Counted from the first letter of the stretch, positions 43,900 through 58,710 are shown. The stretch is DNA of 64,000 bases from Minutocellus sp. GHC0000111 (GCA_977018835.1 OZ361261.1:1984001-2048000), one strand, 5' to 3'. Program-made: numbers and translations. Notes: generated by a model from the sequence alone, not told the origin.

Positions 43900-46768
43900 A
43901 TGACGACGACGGATAATGTCGGCACCTCCCGTTCCTCGTCGTCGCGCTCTTCCGGCCGGACGGTCCGCATGTCGTACAAGGCCAAGGCGGCGGCGGGCCT
44001 GCTGATGGCCTCGCCTTCTCCGTCTCCCCAGGCGGGCAAGACGAATAATACAAATACTAGTAGGGCAATCAGCAAGCCCGGCAAGGGAAGCAAGGCAGCA
44101 GGCAACGGGCGGACAGATCTAGATGCAAGCACAAATGCAAACCAAACGGCGGTGGGTGATGATATCATCAGCGACAATAATAACAGCAGCATCGACAATC
44201 ACAGTGGAGGAAGAAACGGAGAAGGGGGGGCTGCCTGCAGTACTAGTGCGAGTGTTCAGGTCGACCCGTCCTTTTTCGTCAACAACGATGGCAGTGGCAG
44301 TACCAACAAGAACGGCAGCAATAACAGCAGCGAGGACGTCGACGTGGCGGTTTCGGCCCTGCTCGGTCTGCTCGGTCCAACCCCAACGACTACTGCGACA
44401 AGCACAGCAGCTACGACAACTACTTCAAACGCAGCGACTACCGCCACCAACGCAACTACCACTGCAACCACTACTGCCATGGGAGACGCCGACCATGACA
44501 ATTTCAACAACAAGAACAGCAGCAGCATGAAGGCATGTGTGCGCACTCCAGCTCCAGCCTCAGCCTCATCCGCGGCATCGTCCTACATTAATACCTTGGC
44601 CTCGAACCCGTCGCCGTCCTTTTCATCATCATCATGCACACCGTTTGCTATGGCCACGCCCACGCCGCCTTCGTCATCATCTACAACCATGAGTCCCTCA
44701 TCTTCTACAACCTTCGGCACCGACGGCAGCACCACCGACAGCACTTCCACCACCGACAGCAGCACTGGCAAAAAGAAGGCCAAGCGCAAGTACGTCAAAC
44801 GCTCCTCGTCCTACTGGAACAATCGATCCGGTCCCAATTCGGCATGGGCCAAATCCAAGGCCGGGAAGGAACGACGGGCGGCCCAGCTGGCCATGACGGC
44901 GGCCGGTATGCCGGAGGCGGAAGCGAAACAAAGGGTCGTGGAACAACTTCCCAGGGTTCCCAGGGAAGCGATGGAGAGGCACAAGTTGGACGAGGAGGCG
45001 GCACGAATTGCGAGGGAGGCGTACGACAAGATGAACAATGACGGTGGCAGCAGCAAGGACAAGAATTATGACAATATCACCACTACCAATTCCACTACGC
45101 CAACTCCAAGGGAGCGATGCAGCGATACCCACGCCAGATATCTGTCCGATAAACTCGACGAGTCGCGCCACGAGGCGTTGAAATGGGCCGCCCAGCAGGG
45201 TACCCCGAGTCCCTATAGTTATGCCACCATCAGCGGCAGCAGTAACGGCGGCTTCTCCTCGTCGTCGGAAAAGAAGAAGCGCAAGTACGGTAAGTCAAGT
45301 CTCGTATGAATGAATCTTTCATATTTTCTCACTTAATTCCACATATACTCACCAACTTTTCTTTCTATCCAACCCAATCTCCCTTCTCCAACACACAACA
45401 GTCAAGAAGTCCAATTACTGGGCCAAGAAGAGCGCCCGGGCCGCGGAATCGGCCGCAAAGGCCAGGGAGGAGGCCAACCGGCAGATGGCCTTGGGTTTGA
45501 CGCCATGGGCGTCGTCATCTACCAAGAAAAAGAAGAACCAGACAAATGCACGGTACTATCCCATGGTGGAATCGGCACCTTTGGCGGCGGTAACTGTTGG
45601 AAGTGGTGGAGCTCATGCTGAGAGTTGTGCTCATGAGGATGCCACGGCAGTCGCAGTTTCCTTTGCCGCTAACGAGGATGAGACGGCGACACGTAGAGCA
45701 ACCGGGGCTGTTGTTGGTTTGAACGAGAAACTGGCGGCGGCGGCGGACACCGTTTCCCCAGGCAATACTGGTCATACAAACGAGGTTATTTCCAAAAGTA
45801 TTCCAAAGGAGAATAAATGTGCCGCCATGATTGCCGCCGAGGCCATGTCGGCATTGTTTGCCGGGCGGCAGGGTACTGCCCAAGCTCCTACCGCCGACGG
45901 CACTATCAAGCCTGACGAGGCCAAGGATCAGTCCAAGGAGCAGCCATTGCCCAAGCCGAAAGATACTCTGGCGGTGGCCGCATCGGCTCCATCGGCCCCT
46001 TCCACGCCGAACAGGAAGAAGGGATTGTCGTATGCATCGACCAATTCACCCTCGAGGCAGAGCAAGAAGCAAAAGACTGGCGGTGGGGCTATTCAAGGAG
46101 GAGTCAAGGGTACCGCCGACCCTCCCAAGAAGGGCCGAGTCGTCGTCCGCGGTAGCGGTAGGGCCGGGCCGAAGACTACTGCTGCAGCCAACCCCATTCC
46201 GCCTCATGCTGGGCATTACAATTGGACCGGTGCTGGAAATCCCTACCATCCGCACCACCATCAGCATCATCCTCACCATCATCACGCTGGATATGCTCAT
46301 GCTCATGCCGCGTATTCGCAATACCCTCCGCCAGCACCACCACCGACGGACAGTCATTACACCGCAACATCATCTAACAATGCCAATGCAAATACCGATA
46401 CTACCGCGGCCCCAACTGCGGGAGCTCCCTACCCTTATTCCTACTCCTTCTACTATCCTCCCCAAGGTAGTAGGGCGCCAGTTCCAGCTACGTCCCCTGC
46501 TTCCGAGAGCAACCCTTCCAAGCCCAACGATCAGAAAGAAACAGGCGTTGCATCTACGGCCAAGCCTCAAGCGACCGCTGCTTCTGCGTATCAATCGCAT
46601 CATTACCACCAGCACCAGCAATATCCTCCTTCGCATGCCTATTACTACCATCATCACCCATCGAATGCCCAGCATCATCATCATTATACCGCCCCTGCCG
46701 CTCATCATCAGCACTATCATCAACATCATCAGCACTGGACATCGGCCCAGCCTCCTCGTTGTGGTTGA
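43900..46768 (+). CDS. Low-complexity hypothetical nuclear protein
   Basis: join(43900..45289,45402..46768); motif KRKYVK(R/K)S..YW twice, the second spanning the intron; His/Tyr/Pro-rich tail. Confidence 0.7.
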
Positions 46769-47189
46769 AAGGATTTTATCATGCCCGCTATCTAATGGAA
46801 CTGTTGGAGGAAAAAGAAGGTTGATGTCCGTTGTCGGTCGGTACCCAAGTACCAACCAAAACGATATTCATGTGACACAATTTTGATTCTAGATCTACTT
46901 TAGATCTACTAGACGAACAATAGATAAACTAATACAAACTTTCAAATAAGATCCGATGCAGCTACCTCTTGTACCGGTGTCATAGATCTAATTGTACGGT
47001 TGGTGCTCTTGCCTCTCGGTCCCAAGAAGACATGACAAACTCGACTGAAAGCAGACCTCCATAGTCCCGCCATTTTTGTGGAGAGACCAGCATTGGCACA
47101 AAATTTCAGATTGAGAGGCTGAGACCCAGGAGGTACAAACACCCCAAACCATCTTCAATCAGCATCGCGCTCGCCTTCATTTCATCACC

Positions 47190-48684
47190 ATGGATCCGTT
47201 GGGATACTATTTGGTCTCACGCGAGGAGCCGATCGGCTCTCAAGCACAAGATGCGCTCGCCTCCAGAAAGCAGGATGTGAGCACGACTTTTGCCTTCCCG
47301 CCGTCATCATCCTCCGATGCTTTGGCCACGGCCTCGGCCATTGCTGGCATCCTCCAAGGCCACTACAATGCCGACGGAACGCGTCGCTCAAATAAAGGAG
47401 ATATCGAACAAATATATCCTTCTTCTTCTTCCGGTCTGAAAATTCAGCAGCAGCTAAATGGCAGCTATGTAGCCGGCGTATCTTCTCGTGCCGTTCGTGC
47501 CGATAATGTTCTCAGCAGTACTGGTAGTAGCGGCCACGTCATGCGCATACCTTCAAAACCCACCGCCTCCGCCCCACCAGCCCAGGTAGATGAATTTAGT
47601 ATTCTGCGCAGTTTGATGAAATCAAGCGTTTCGTCATCGAAAATTACCTCCCGTCTCCATCGGGGCCTCATTCTCGAGAAGGAGCAGCTCGACGTGCCTA
47701 CTTTGCCCTCGTCCGCTAATGACCAGCACAATCGTATTAGTGAGGTGATCGAAGCGCCGGGACATGCCGCTTCCTTCCCCTGGGATATCAGTGCTGGCAT
47801 TGGGAATCACCAGCACCACAAGCCGGCAAAGGTACTGCCGGCCAAGGGACCAGCTACCGTCCAAAAGTCCAAGCTGCTCAAGCTCAGGCTCAGTGACATC
47901 GCCGCCTTGTCTTCCGTCTCGGGTGTTCTCCTGGAATCCGATGTCAGCAGTGGCATCGGCGAACTCTTTGGACAAATCAATGGTCACTCGAACGTGTCGG
48001 TGCCCAAGGCCAAAGCTCCCACCAAGAAAAAGGCAGCTTGGACAGATGAGGAGAATGAGATATTCCTAACTGCCGTCAAGCTTCATGGCAATAACTGGTC
48101 CAAGGTGGCGGAGCTCATCAGCTCCAAGTAAGTGCGATATATTTCATGTAGACATATCATATTGAATATTTGCTATTGGATTGCCACAACTTGCATAATT
48201 TCATCTGACTCGCTCATGGAACCATTCATTCATTCGTCGTCATCTTATAAAAAGGAGCGCTAAGCAGGTGAAAAATCACGCCAAATGCTACGGCAAGGCC
48301 AACGCCAAGATCGTAGCCCCATCGCCGCTTGTCACGGCATCGGATTACTTCGCAAGAGAGGACAGCCACAACGTCAAAAAGCTATTCCCGACCGCAACAA
48401 CTGCTGGTTTGCAGTATATGGTCAACTCCAAATGGGCAACTCTCAAGCCCAAGCTCCAGGAACGATACGTCAAAATGGCGAAGAAGGACTTCGATCGGTA
48501 CAGTTGGGAAATGCAGGTCTTCAGCGCTTTAAAGGAACATCAACGCAATGTTGGCCCCGTCTATGGCCAATCGATCAAGGAACTGCGTGCAGAGATTCGC
48601 TCGGCATTTCCCAATATCAAGAAGGAAGGCGAAGAGCGTCTCCTCAACGAACGTGTTCGTCATATGAAGAAGTTCAGCTTCTGA
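47190..48684 (+). CDS. Myb/SANT + HMG-box protein
   Basis: join(47190..48127,48255..48684); WTDEENEIF..HGNNWSKVA..KSAKQVKNHA; SKWATL..QERYVKMAKKDFDRY. Confidence 0.8.
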
Positions 48685-48792
48685 TTCAATGTTTGAATGA
48701 AACCAGTACAAATAGAGCATGTCGATATGGATGTAAAGCAACGGGGCATTTCCAAACTCATCATACGGTAAATCGTAAGCTCAATGTGCAAT

Positions 48793-49824
48793 CTAGCTAG
48801 TCACACGAATATTTTGCATCCTCCGGGAAGTCTTCATTTCATTACGACGTGATCTCGAATTTACCAGTCCTTTCCAAAAATACATGTATGCAGATAAAAA
48901 TATAGCCATCATGCCGCAACAAATCTCATATGAGAACGAACAGAGCAAAGACTGCAACAAGTACGTGGTCAATAAAGAATGGCGATGAGATGACAAATGT
49001 CTTAGTTGATTGATCAGACGGTCAGGATTCACCAATATCATCAAAAGAGTAAGCAAAAAGCGCCTCCTCATTGAACAGCTTTGTACATGGAGCAATGTAT
49101 CTGATCCGTCGTGCGGCGTTAAATCCATAGATGAATGTAGCAGTTGGAATGAAACGAACGCAATGGGGCGTTCATGTATCCAGCAGCAGCATTTCGTTGA
49201 ATTTTCTAATATGTATCCATCGGAAAGAATAATTCTCAACATAAGTACATCGATTTCAGGAGCTCAATATTCATTCCGTACCATTTTCACATTTCGCAAC
49301 ATCGCATTCGCCAGTGCCACCCATATGCAAAGAACGCCCAGATAAAGTATGCACAGCTCTATGGCTCCCAAACTGATGGTATTGGCAATGAGTTCTTTCC
49401 ATATCAAATAGTCTGCAAAGCCAAATAAAATGAGCAAGACCGCCGAACATTTTACTCCAAGTATCAGCCAAAGAATCACGAAGAAAAGAAAGACAAAAGG
49501 TCTAATGAGAGGCCGTCGTAGATCGTCTTCCAAGTCAACAGAAAGCGACAGCTGCGCCACAGCTGCAATATCAGCAAAAAGCCAAGTATAAGAACTCATG
49601 CTCCTGATCCGTAGCGAATGCTTTACGACGAGGACAGTCACGAGGGCTAGGACTGCGTTCGGTACTGATACCTCGATCCCCAATGTGGCAGCCAGGAATG
49701 TTATCGGTAAGATCACTGGATTGAAAACCACGATGATGCATGAGCAAATAGCGATTCGACAGGCCCATCTAGCGAGGAAAACGAGCGATGTCGCCGCTCT
49801 CCTTCGCTCTCCAAGCGCTGCCAT
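48793..49824 (-). CDS. Multi-pass membrane protein of unknown function, in-frame TGA at 49264-49266
   Basis: Two same-frame ORFs with several hydrophobic segments. Confidence 0.45.
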
Positions 49825-50288
49825 ATTATTGCGAGTCGGTAATCTTCGTGATGTCTCTTACTTTGCAGAAAGAATTCCGAATGTGATCGTGTTATACCTG
49901 CCGGAAAAAGGCCGCAGAATATTGAGTCAAGATCGCTTTGTAAGAGACAGATATATGCAACATGTTTTTTATCGCATTCTCCTCCTCCGAGGTGATGAAC
50001 CCTTCGCCTCTGCCTTCGCCCACCCCATATCTCGGTTCGCCGTTCAAAGATTCCTGCAAAGATCTTGGTGTCGAGCCAGGGTACTGCCGCTCGAAATGCC
50101 TGCATACTTTGTGTTCCGCTCAAAATCAGTCTGCTTCCCGCAAACCGCCAAGCAGCAAGATGTGAGCTGGCGTCTGCTCAAAGAACCGCCCGACCTCTTG
50201 CCCTGCCCAGAAGCCACACCCTTGGCTGCGCGATATCAAATTTATCCCTTACCGCGCCTAAAGCATAATATAAACTTCACAGTGAATC

Positions 50289-50621
50289 ATGGCTCCTCCC
50301 GGCTCGGCGCATCCCGTATTCTCACTCGGCGCTCTGACAATCATCGGCGGCAGCATCGGTTACTTCAAAAAGGGATCAAAAGCTTCCCTCATTGCTGGCG
50401 TCGGATTCGGCGGTCTGCTGATTGGCAGCGGCGTGCTTATCAGTGGCGAAAACCAATTTGAGGGCCATGCCTTGGCGAGTGTGACCAGTGGTGCCATGGC
50501 GCTGGGCATGGGCCGGCGATTCCTCAAGAGCGGCAAATTTATGCCCAGCGGCTTGGTTGCCGTGGTGGGTGCCGGCAGCTGTGCGTTCAATGTGATGAAA
50601 GCCATCGAGTGGAAGCCGTAG
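50289..50621 (+). CDS. TMEM14/FAX family membrane protein
   Basis: GGSIGYFKKGSKASLIAG, RFLKSGKFMPSG. Confidence 0.9.
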   Translation: MAPPGSAHPVFSLGALTIIGGSIGYFKKGSKASLIAGVGFGGLLIGSGVLISGENQFEGHALASVTSGAMALGMGRRFLKSGKFMPSGLVAVVGAGSCAFNVMKAIEWKP

Positions 50622-50964
50622 AGTGCAAAGATATGATATGTGCTTGGATATTTGGATTGGGGGTTTGGATTGGCGGTTGGACTTACGGTATGATGTATAT
50701 TCCATCATGCAGCACAAATGAATGTTTGTGTGTGTTTTGTTTCGGTTTGGGAGATTCCACATCAAATTCAATCGTATATGCGCAGAAGTTGACATTCAGA
50801 TATGAACAATTGATGAGCTATTATAGCTTGGAAGAAATCGTTTTTTTCTCTTTCGTAAAGATATATTTGTACACTACGATGCTTATAAATTTCTTTATTC
50901 GCCATGCACTTGCACATATCTTCATACTTCATACTAGATGTATCTCTTTGCTGTGCATGCATTT

Positions 50965-51586
50965 CTATTTTCCCAGCTCCACGGCACGATCGGTCATTTG
51001 GTCGACAGTGCAATCGACATCAGGACATGGAATGGTAATGCTATGAAAGCAGCCATCTCTTACGATTCCATCTGCATCAGCTGGACAACCATCACTGTCG
51101 CAATCCAATGGTTGGGGACAGAAGCAGCATATCTGCTCATACGAAAGCCCGCAGAAGGATCCCGTGACGAAATCGACGCCCGGTGGACAGGCACGGTAGA
51201 GAGTTCGTTCGGTTGCATCGGCGTCAATTTCGGCATTTTCTTCTAAAGGCCTTCCACTCATGACCTGCCGCAACGTGCTGTTTGTTTTGAATGTTATGGA
51301 TATTTTGTGTTTTGGCAGATGATGTGGAGCTGGTGCCCGACTTTCCATTGACCCCTTTCATCTCTCGCGTTCGTGCGGCACTGTCCGCATTGATACTGTT
51401 GTGATTGTTGTTGCCTGTATTGCTCAGTAGACTTCGTCGGTCAGTCATCGCCGTGGTGCCATTCTCGGCAATACCAAGGAAGGCAAATGAAACGATCAAC
51501 AACAATAAGCTCGCTGCAAATATTCCGACTTTTTGCTTACTCCTACCTTTGTTCAAACCGCCGATTATCTTATCATAATTTGCCAT
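50965..51586 (-). CDS. Putative type II membrane protein with a Cys-rich C-terminus, frameshift near 51350
   Basis: N-terminal TM segment in ORF 51224-51586; Cys-rich segment in overlapping ORF 50965-51348. Confidence 0.4.
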
Positions 51587-52239
51587 TATTTGGAGTGATC
51601 GGAAAGACCGTCGCCAAGATCAAAAGTAGGCCAGTCACTTTTGTTTCTTCTGCGTGCGAAGCGACGATGTGCGAAATGAAATGAACGAACGAAGATACCG
51701 CTGGTTGCAGATATCAAACTGCTTGCCTATCACCGGTAGGTTTGGAAAGCATACTCCTGGCGAACTCTACTCTCTTTGGTTTGGTTGGAGGTAGCGTACG
51801 CACCGAGTCGAGTCTTTGAGTTGGTCATTCTCCAATCTGCTGATGACGGGACCAGATGGATTTTCTACGGGATCAGCCAGCTGATGACCCCAAAATCGGA
51901 CGGCGAAGATGCATGACCAGATCCCAAACAGCCCATTTATTTGTGCCGCCGCTAGCTGGCTGCTTCATATCATCTGCCCTGCCCTTGCAGCCAAATGAAT
52001 GCCTCATCAAAAGACCTTGGTGAGGTCATAAGTGAGGGTTGGCTGATCAGGAATCCTGATCTTTGGCTGGACTCTGGCGCATCTTTTATCAGCATAAAAC
52101 GAGCACATCTCGTGCCTGGTTGTTTCTTTTCGTCGTTCGCGTCCGCTGGAGACATCCATCGCTCTGCGACATACACATATTCATTTGATATTGGAGTGAC
52201 TGCAGCAGCCAATTGCAGGATCCCATAGCACGGCCCAAT

Positions 52240-55200
52240 ATGAATGCTTCTGCTGCTACTACCAGCTCGTCCGATGACGAGCTCATCGCCGCCATGACCG
52301 ATGCACTTACCGTCGATTCGGCCAGCGCTGACAATGGCGGCCATAATGGCAAGAACGACAGGAGCAGCGAGAAAGCAAACAATACATGTAATGGGAACGC
52401 CTCGCCATCCGCGTCATCCGAGCATCGACGGGCGTCGGAGACCAGTCTGCTAACTTCGGCTACCTCGAATTGGTTTACGAATGCGGGAAGTTCCATCTTG
52501 GCCAGCGCGGTGGATTCGGTTGTGTTGGGCGGCGGTTCCGGCGGTTCAAACGGCAACAAGAAAAAGGCATTAGTTGTCGGCGGGGGGCAGGGCCTGTTCC
52601 CACCTGCTGCTGTACAATTGCAATCTCAAAGTCAATCTCGGGAGATGCAGACGACTGCCGATGCCAGTGATGTGCCGACGGCCAAGCAGATACTGGAGCA
52701 GGCGAATGCATGCGAAGATGGGAATGACGATGAAGCTGACACTGCTGAGAATCCTCCTGAGGATGATGGACCAAATGTTGCCGACGATTCGTTTGCCACT
52801 GCCCACACCTCAACATCACAGTCATCTCCGCGCCGAAGACGTGGCAGGAGCCAAAGTCGCAAGTCTGACGTAGAACGCAAAGTCAAGGGTATGCCGCGAC
52901 GTCGATCGTCACCGGTCGAAACCTTTTGCGCCAACGATCTGCCGACGGCGATGGAGGCCGAGGTGGCGGCACAGGCAAGGAAGGAGGATAGTGGCAAGAA
53001 GGCTCCCATCGAAGAGATTGATCCCGCCAGGATCAAGATTGGCAAGCATGCGGACGTAAAGAAGGCACCGTCGGCAGCACCAAGCGTCGTGAGTACCAAC
53101 TGCGCCGACAGCGGAAGTACCGAAGCTAGTCCCACCGATACCTTCCAAGGAAATCTCAAAGATTCCAATGGTGGTGACTGCAGAAGAAAATCGCAGAGGA
53201 AAAAATCCCTCACCGACTCAGCCTCAACCGTGGCTGTGTCCAACGTTCATGAGCTGGCAGATTTTTTGGCCGATGCCGAGGAGGCATACGATGCCGAGCA
53301 GGAGCGCAAGAGCATAATGGCGGCCGCGATTACGCCTACTGACCAAGCTAAAACTATTGGTGACGAAGATGATGAGCAATCATTGGACCTTGCCGAGATC
53401 ACAGCTGGTAAAACCAACAGTCCCGAATCAGCCCGAAGCACTCCGAAGAGACGGGGCTCAAAGTCGGATTTGTCCCAAACGCCGCAACGATCCTATCCCA
53501 GCGTTACTCGGCATCAGTACAACTCACGGAAGCACCAAGATTCCTCCGGCAGTTTGGGCGCAACCAATAATGACTCCCAACAGACATTTTCATCTCTCAA
53601 GAAGGGGCACTCATCCTCCTCCTCCTCCAACAAGTCATCTTCTCTTCTGAAACGCCAGACGTCGGTGCAATCCAATCATTCGTCAAGTCGAAGCGTCCAA
53701 TTCAAGGATGATGTAGCTGGCGCATCACCAAAGTGCAAGAACAAATCCAAATCCAAGAAGCCAGCGCCGCCGTCTCGCCCGTCGTCCTTCGAGGCAACGG
53801 CCGAAATGTACAGGGAGAAATACGCCCGATGCAAAAATAAATCGCTATGGGCAAACCTGGACCGGTCGATCGATACCAACGTGACTGCTTCTGCACCATC
53901 AACGGCGGGGGGTAAAGAGCGGTCTATTGACCAGCAAGAGAAGGCGAACCAACTACTCCGCCGGCGAGTCCGAATGTGTTTCGCAGCCATGACGGTGGTC
54001 TTCGGGGGTGGCATTGAGGATGATCCTGCCGAATCGGAGGCCAATCCCAGTGTTGATTTGAACGAGTCATTGACGTCCCTTGCCGGGGAAGATGCCAGCG
54101 TTCGTTCTGGTATGAGCGGGATTACTCAACTCACGTCCCGGTCAACAGCATCCAAAATGAACCGTAGAGGTAGGCACATGCGCCACCCATCTGGATCTTC
54201 TCAGTCCACTATTGAGAGCAAGAAGGCCGGTAGCAATATTCCCTCGAAAAGACGTCCGTCGATACCTGTAGGCGTAGTTCGATTGCTATTTTCCATACTC
54301 ATTCGGCGTCGCGGTGGTCTCGATCTTGATGATGACTTTACCCAAGCAGTTGAGGCCGACAATGCGTCCGCCATTGACTCGGAGAAGAGGGCTGAGCTAG
54401 CGGAAGCTCGAATCGATGCCATTGTTGAGGATGTGATCGAGGCCATGACGTCTACACTGGGTTTGGTGGATTCGATATCTAGCTACGATGCTGATGATCA
54501 GACCGCAAGCGGCGGAAGCTCCGAGGGCTCTGGCAGACGGAGGAAAAGGCGCGGTTCATTGGCTACCGATTGTGCTGCTATTGCTTCCAGAGCCTCGAGT
54601 TTGGCCAGCGAGGATTCGGCCTCTCTCTTCATCAATCACAATGTGCACATGCTGTATGGTCAGGCGACTGCGTCCTATCGGCCTGAAATCTTTTTCGCTG
54701 ATACCGCGGCGTTTCATCGGTTCCTCTACAAGAATCACACAACAGGGAACAACGAGTGGGATCCGGAAATTGAGTTAAACTATGAAATGGCCGACGCGTG
54801 CCTTGGTTGTGTCCGCCGGAAACATACGGCCGACCCCATTGGTGGACCACCGAATGATTTGGAGTATGTCTATTCATTGGAGGCGGTTCCTCTCCATCTC
54901 CTGCGCTGTGGGCGATACCACGAACTGGAAATTTTGCTTTCCAAAGAGTCATACGTTCGTCGTAAGTTGAGGAAGCTCGGGTCCATCGAAGGGGTCAAAG
55001 CTCACATCGCTGATGTTTCAGATATGAACGAGGTGATGGCAAATGTTGGGAACAACAACATCGACATGAGCGCAATCTTTGTTGCGGCAATGTATGAAGT
55101 GATTAAAACAGCTACCGACCAAGCCAAAATGAAAGCTTCAAAGTCCAAGTCTCCAAAATACGAAGATCGTAGCCATTCCCTGAAAATCCAGTCGGCGGAA

Positions 55201-58200
55201 GCTTTTCATGCCATGGGAGTTTCTCTGCAGGAGCACGGGTTTGAAGATGACGCAGTCGATGCGTATTCCCATGCGATGGACAAATTCGATAATGTTGAGA
55301 TCATGGTAATGAAGCGTGGAATTGGCAGTTACGGATGTTTGCTCCGTCGATCAAGCTCAGACGAGAGTCTCTATCTTCCGTCAATTGACCACGTGCAGTT
55401 TGTGAGTCTCTATTCAACTTTGGTTCATTTTGCACCGCATCTATTAAACCTCACACATTCATTGTCGTCGCTCTTTTTTCGCTCGGACTGAAATAATCAG
55501 ATCATGGCGGAAACTCTTGTTGGGATGGCTCGAGTCTACGACGAAGCTGGAAACCTTGATGCTGCCATGGAGAGTCTCGAAAAGGCCTTGTCATTGTACA
55601 GCAAGCAGCGCTCATTGCTGCATCGGAGCGGCGTGGCATCGACACTGACAACCATGGGAGTGCTGAATTTTCGCAAGAAGGATTGGAATGTGGCCATGGC
55701 CTGCTTCGACGAGGCTCTCGTCATATTACAATCACTGGAAGTCGATGGGAATAGAGGCGAGGAGATCGGCGACATTAATCAGTGGCAAGGAAACATCAAG
55801 AGAGAAACCGGGGACTACCAAAGCGCCCTTGCACTCTTTACGGAAGCATTTTACACCACCACGCTCAAGTACGGCAAGATGCACCCTCGTGTTGGACGGA
55901 TCCATCAGAGTATGGCCATTATCCATGACGATCTTGGCGATTTTAGGGAATCGATGGAACATTATCAAACGGCACTCAAGATCCGAAAGCGTGCGGTCTC
56001 TAAAGCGACTAAGTCGGACGATATCAAGGCCTTTGAAGTCGCTACATTTGAAGAGCTTGCAGTTGCCGAAACCCTTATGTGTATGGGAAATGTTTATCGC
56101 GTAATGGATGAATTTTCCAAGGCATATGATTGTTACCTCGAGAATTCACTGATTATGCGATTGGATGTGACGGCACTTCTGGGTAGCGCATTTTTATCGA
56201 CAAATGGGATTCTTGGACTACTTATTAGTGATGAAGGAAGTGTGGTTTCTGTCAACATTCTTTATAACAGACATATGATGACGCTCGACATGGCAAGGCG
56301 TGTCGAACTCCAAGGAAAGGAGAGTCTCATCTCAGGCAACGAAAGTGATGCTTCGTGGAACGACAACGAGCAAAATTTCCACCGCTCGGAGCAGGTTGCC
56401 GATTGCCTTTACGATGTCGGTGTCATATCTGCCTCCCGTTATTTGAAGCAGCTCGACAACGACATAAGTATTCGCACTGACCAGATCGTCCAGAGACGAG
56501 AAGAGGCCCTATCGTGTTTCGAGGAGGTTATTACCATTCGACAGGAGGTGAGCACGTTGCTCTGTACTGTTTGCACCATATTGGTTTCCATCTTTCTGGA
56601 TATTTATCATATTTATCTCACTAACTCCTCCTTTCTGCACCTACTTCGCATGCATCAATTCCAGCGCGTCAACGCACTCGATAAATTGGTTCGATATGAT
56701 GGTGCAAGCGATCGAGGACAGGTTGATGAGAAGATAATCATCGCCTATTCCCTTTACGAGGTCGCCCACCTGCTCAGTTGCACATTCTTTTCTCTTCAGC
56801 AGCGCGATCCATCTGAACCAATTGATAATGATTTGGTCTCGCGTGATATTTCCGCCGCCCTGAGCGCATTCGCTGATTCCAAGAGGATGTTCGAAGAGAT
56901 GAACCTTCCGAATGTTGGTGAAGATGACGCTCAGGAGCATGTGAGCGACCCTTCGCTTGCCAGAGCAAAGCGCGTTCCCGAGATTATTGAGGAAATGACA
57001 CAGACAATGGCCGTTCTGTATCGCGAAACAGGTCAGTTGTCGAAGGCTTTGGAAATGTATACCGAGCAACTGAATCTGCATGCGAATGGCTCTGCAGATA
57101 GTAGTGACGCACGAGACGACGCGTCCTATTTTAGTATTGAAAGTAGCAAAGTCTCTCGCGAGGAAAAGGTTGCCCAAGCAATCGAAGACATTGGTGACTT
57201 ACTGCGAGACCAAGGAGATACGCAACGAGCACTTGAACATTACTCGGAGGCACTCGAGATACGCTCATCTTGTGACGAGGCTGGGCTTTCTGTTGCAAAG
57301 ACACTTCGTTTGATAGGCCGGCTTCATCTCCAGAGAAAAGAGTTCGATCTTGCCGTCGTTCGGTTTGAAGAGGAACTAAAGATTCTCATTGATCTGCTGG
57401 ATGAAAATTCGTCGTCCATAGCCTACTGTTTTCATAGCATTGGCAAGGCGTACGAAGGCAAGGATGATTTCGGCAAGGCACTGGACTATTTCCAGCGTGC
57501 TCGGAGAACAATTGGAGACTCTGCGTCAGCCCAATCAGACATTCAATACACGCATGTAATGTTTGATACCGGGAATGTGCTTCTTCAAATGGCCAAGGCG
57601 ACGAATCTCGAAAATAACGAGCATGAATTGGCACTGAAATGCCTGCGAGGCGCGTTCGAGGGATATAAGGCGTTTTATGGCGAGACTTGTGTCGAGGCTG
57701 CAAACTCTCTCTTCCTCCAGGGCGAACTCTTTTATTCCAACGAAGAGTATGAAACCGGGATCAGTTGTTTCGAAGAGGCTCTTCGAATCTATCGCATTTC
57801 TCTGGGCGAAGAAAACATTAAGGTTGCGAGAACCCTCAATCTGATTGGTTTGTGTCATCTCGAGAGCGGATCTGATGAAGATTATGCAATGGAATGCTTT
57901 GATGCCTGGTAAGTTTTGCTGTCGCTACAACAAAAGATATGCATTCCGCCTTGAAGATTTTCTCGTGCTCACTCGCCCTTCTTCTTTGATTCACTTTGTC
58001 CTCCTTTTTAATTTCAGCCTTGCAATACTTCAAAGCAATGGCCACGAAGGGAGCGAGGACCATGCCTGCGTACTTTTCTACAAGCCGGCTACTCATGAAA
58101 AGAACGAACAGCTTGATTTGGCCATCGTGTGCTACGAGGGTAGTGTTGGTTATTACCGCAAGCTGCTTGGTTCGGACGCAATGAAAATTGCTGTGGTTCT

Positions 58201-58663
58201 AGAGAAATTGGGCACTTGTCTTCTCAACTTTCATGAGCCAGAGAAGGCGAAAGACAAACTTGAAGAAGCGCTGAGGATTCGCAAGAAGCATCGCTCCGAT
58301 AATGATCAGGAGACGGCCGAGATATATTATGGACTTGGAATTGCCTACTGCGAGGGGAAAGAATTCAACAAAAGCCTTGACGCGTACGAAAAATGCTTCC
58401 TTCTTCGCCAAGAACTGTATGGTGAATCTCATGTCGAGGTGGCGCAAGTGCTGAACAATGTCGGAAGTGTCTTTGCGAGAGCTGGCGAGTATGAGCGAGC
58501 TCTTGCGCCGTGGAATGATGCGCTTGCCATGTATAGAGACGCGGGTCTGAAGGAGGACAACGAACGCATCGTTACTACTTTGAGCAACATTGCCTTGTCA
58601 AGGAATCTGATATCGGTTCACAAAGAGGGGGATAGTATCATACGAACTTTCCTAATTTACTAA
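52240..58663 (+). CDS. Large TPR protein (nephrocystin-3/kinesin-light-chain-type repeats) with a disordered N-terminal half
   Basis: Introns 55402-55500, 56548-56664, 57909-58017; many VA.TL..MG..Y....A...Y..AL repeats. Confidence 0.85.
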
Positions 58664-58710
58664 CTAGCTTGCTTACTATAAGGATATGAGCGTTGCCTTA
58701 TACTTGCTGT

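Noticed and set aside
49598..50461. 287-aa plus-strand ORF
   Set aside because: Overlaps two better-supported genes and has no recognisable motifs; probably a shadow ORF.
56548..56664. Hydrophobic in-frame segment inside the TPR ORF
   Set aside because: It is a stop-free 117-nt GT-AG intron with a CTAAC branch site, not a transmembrane helix.
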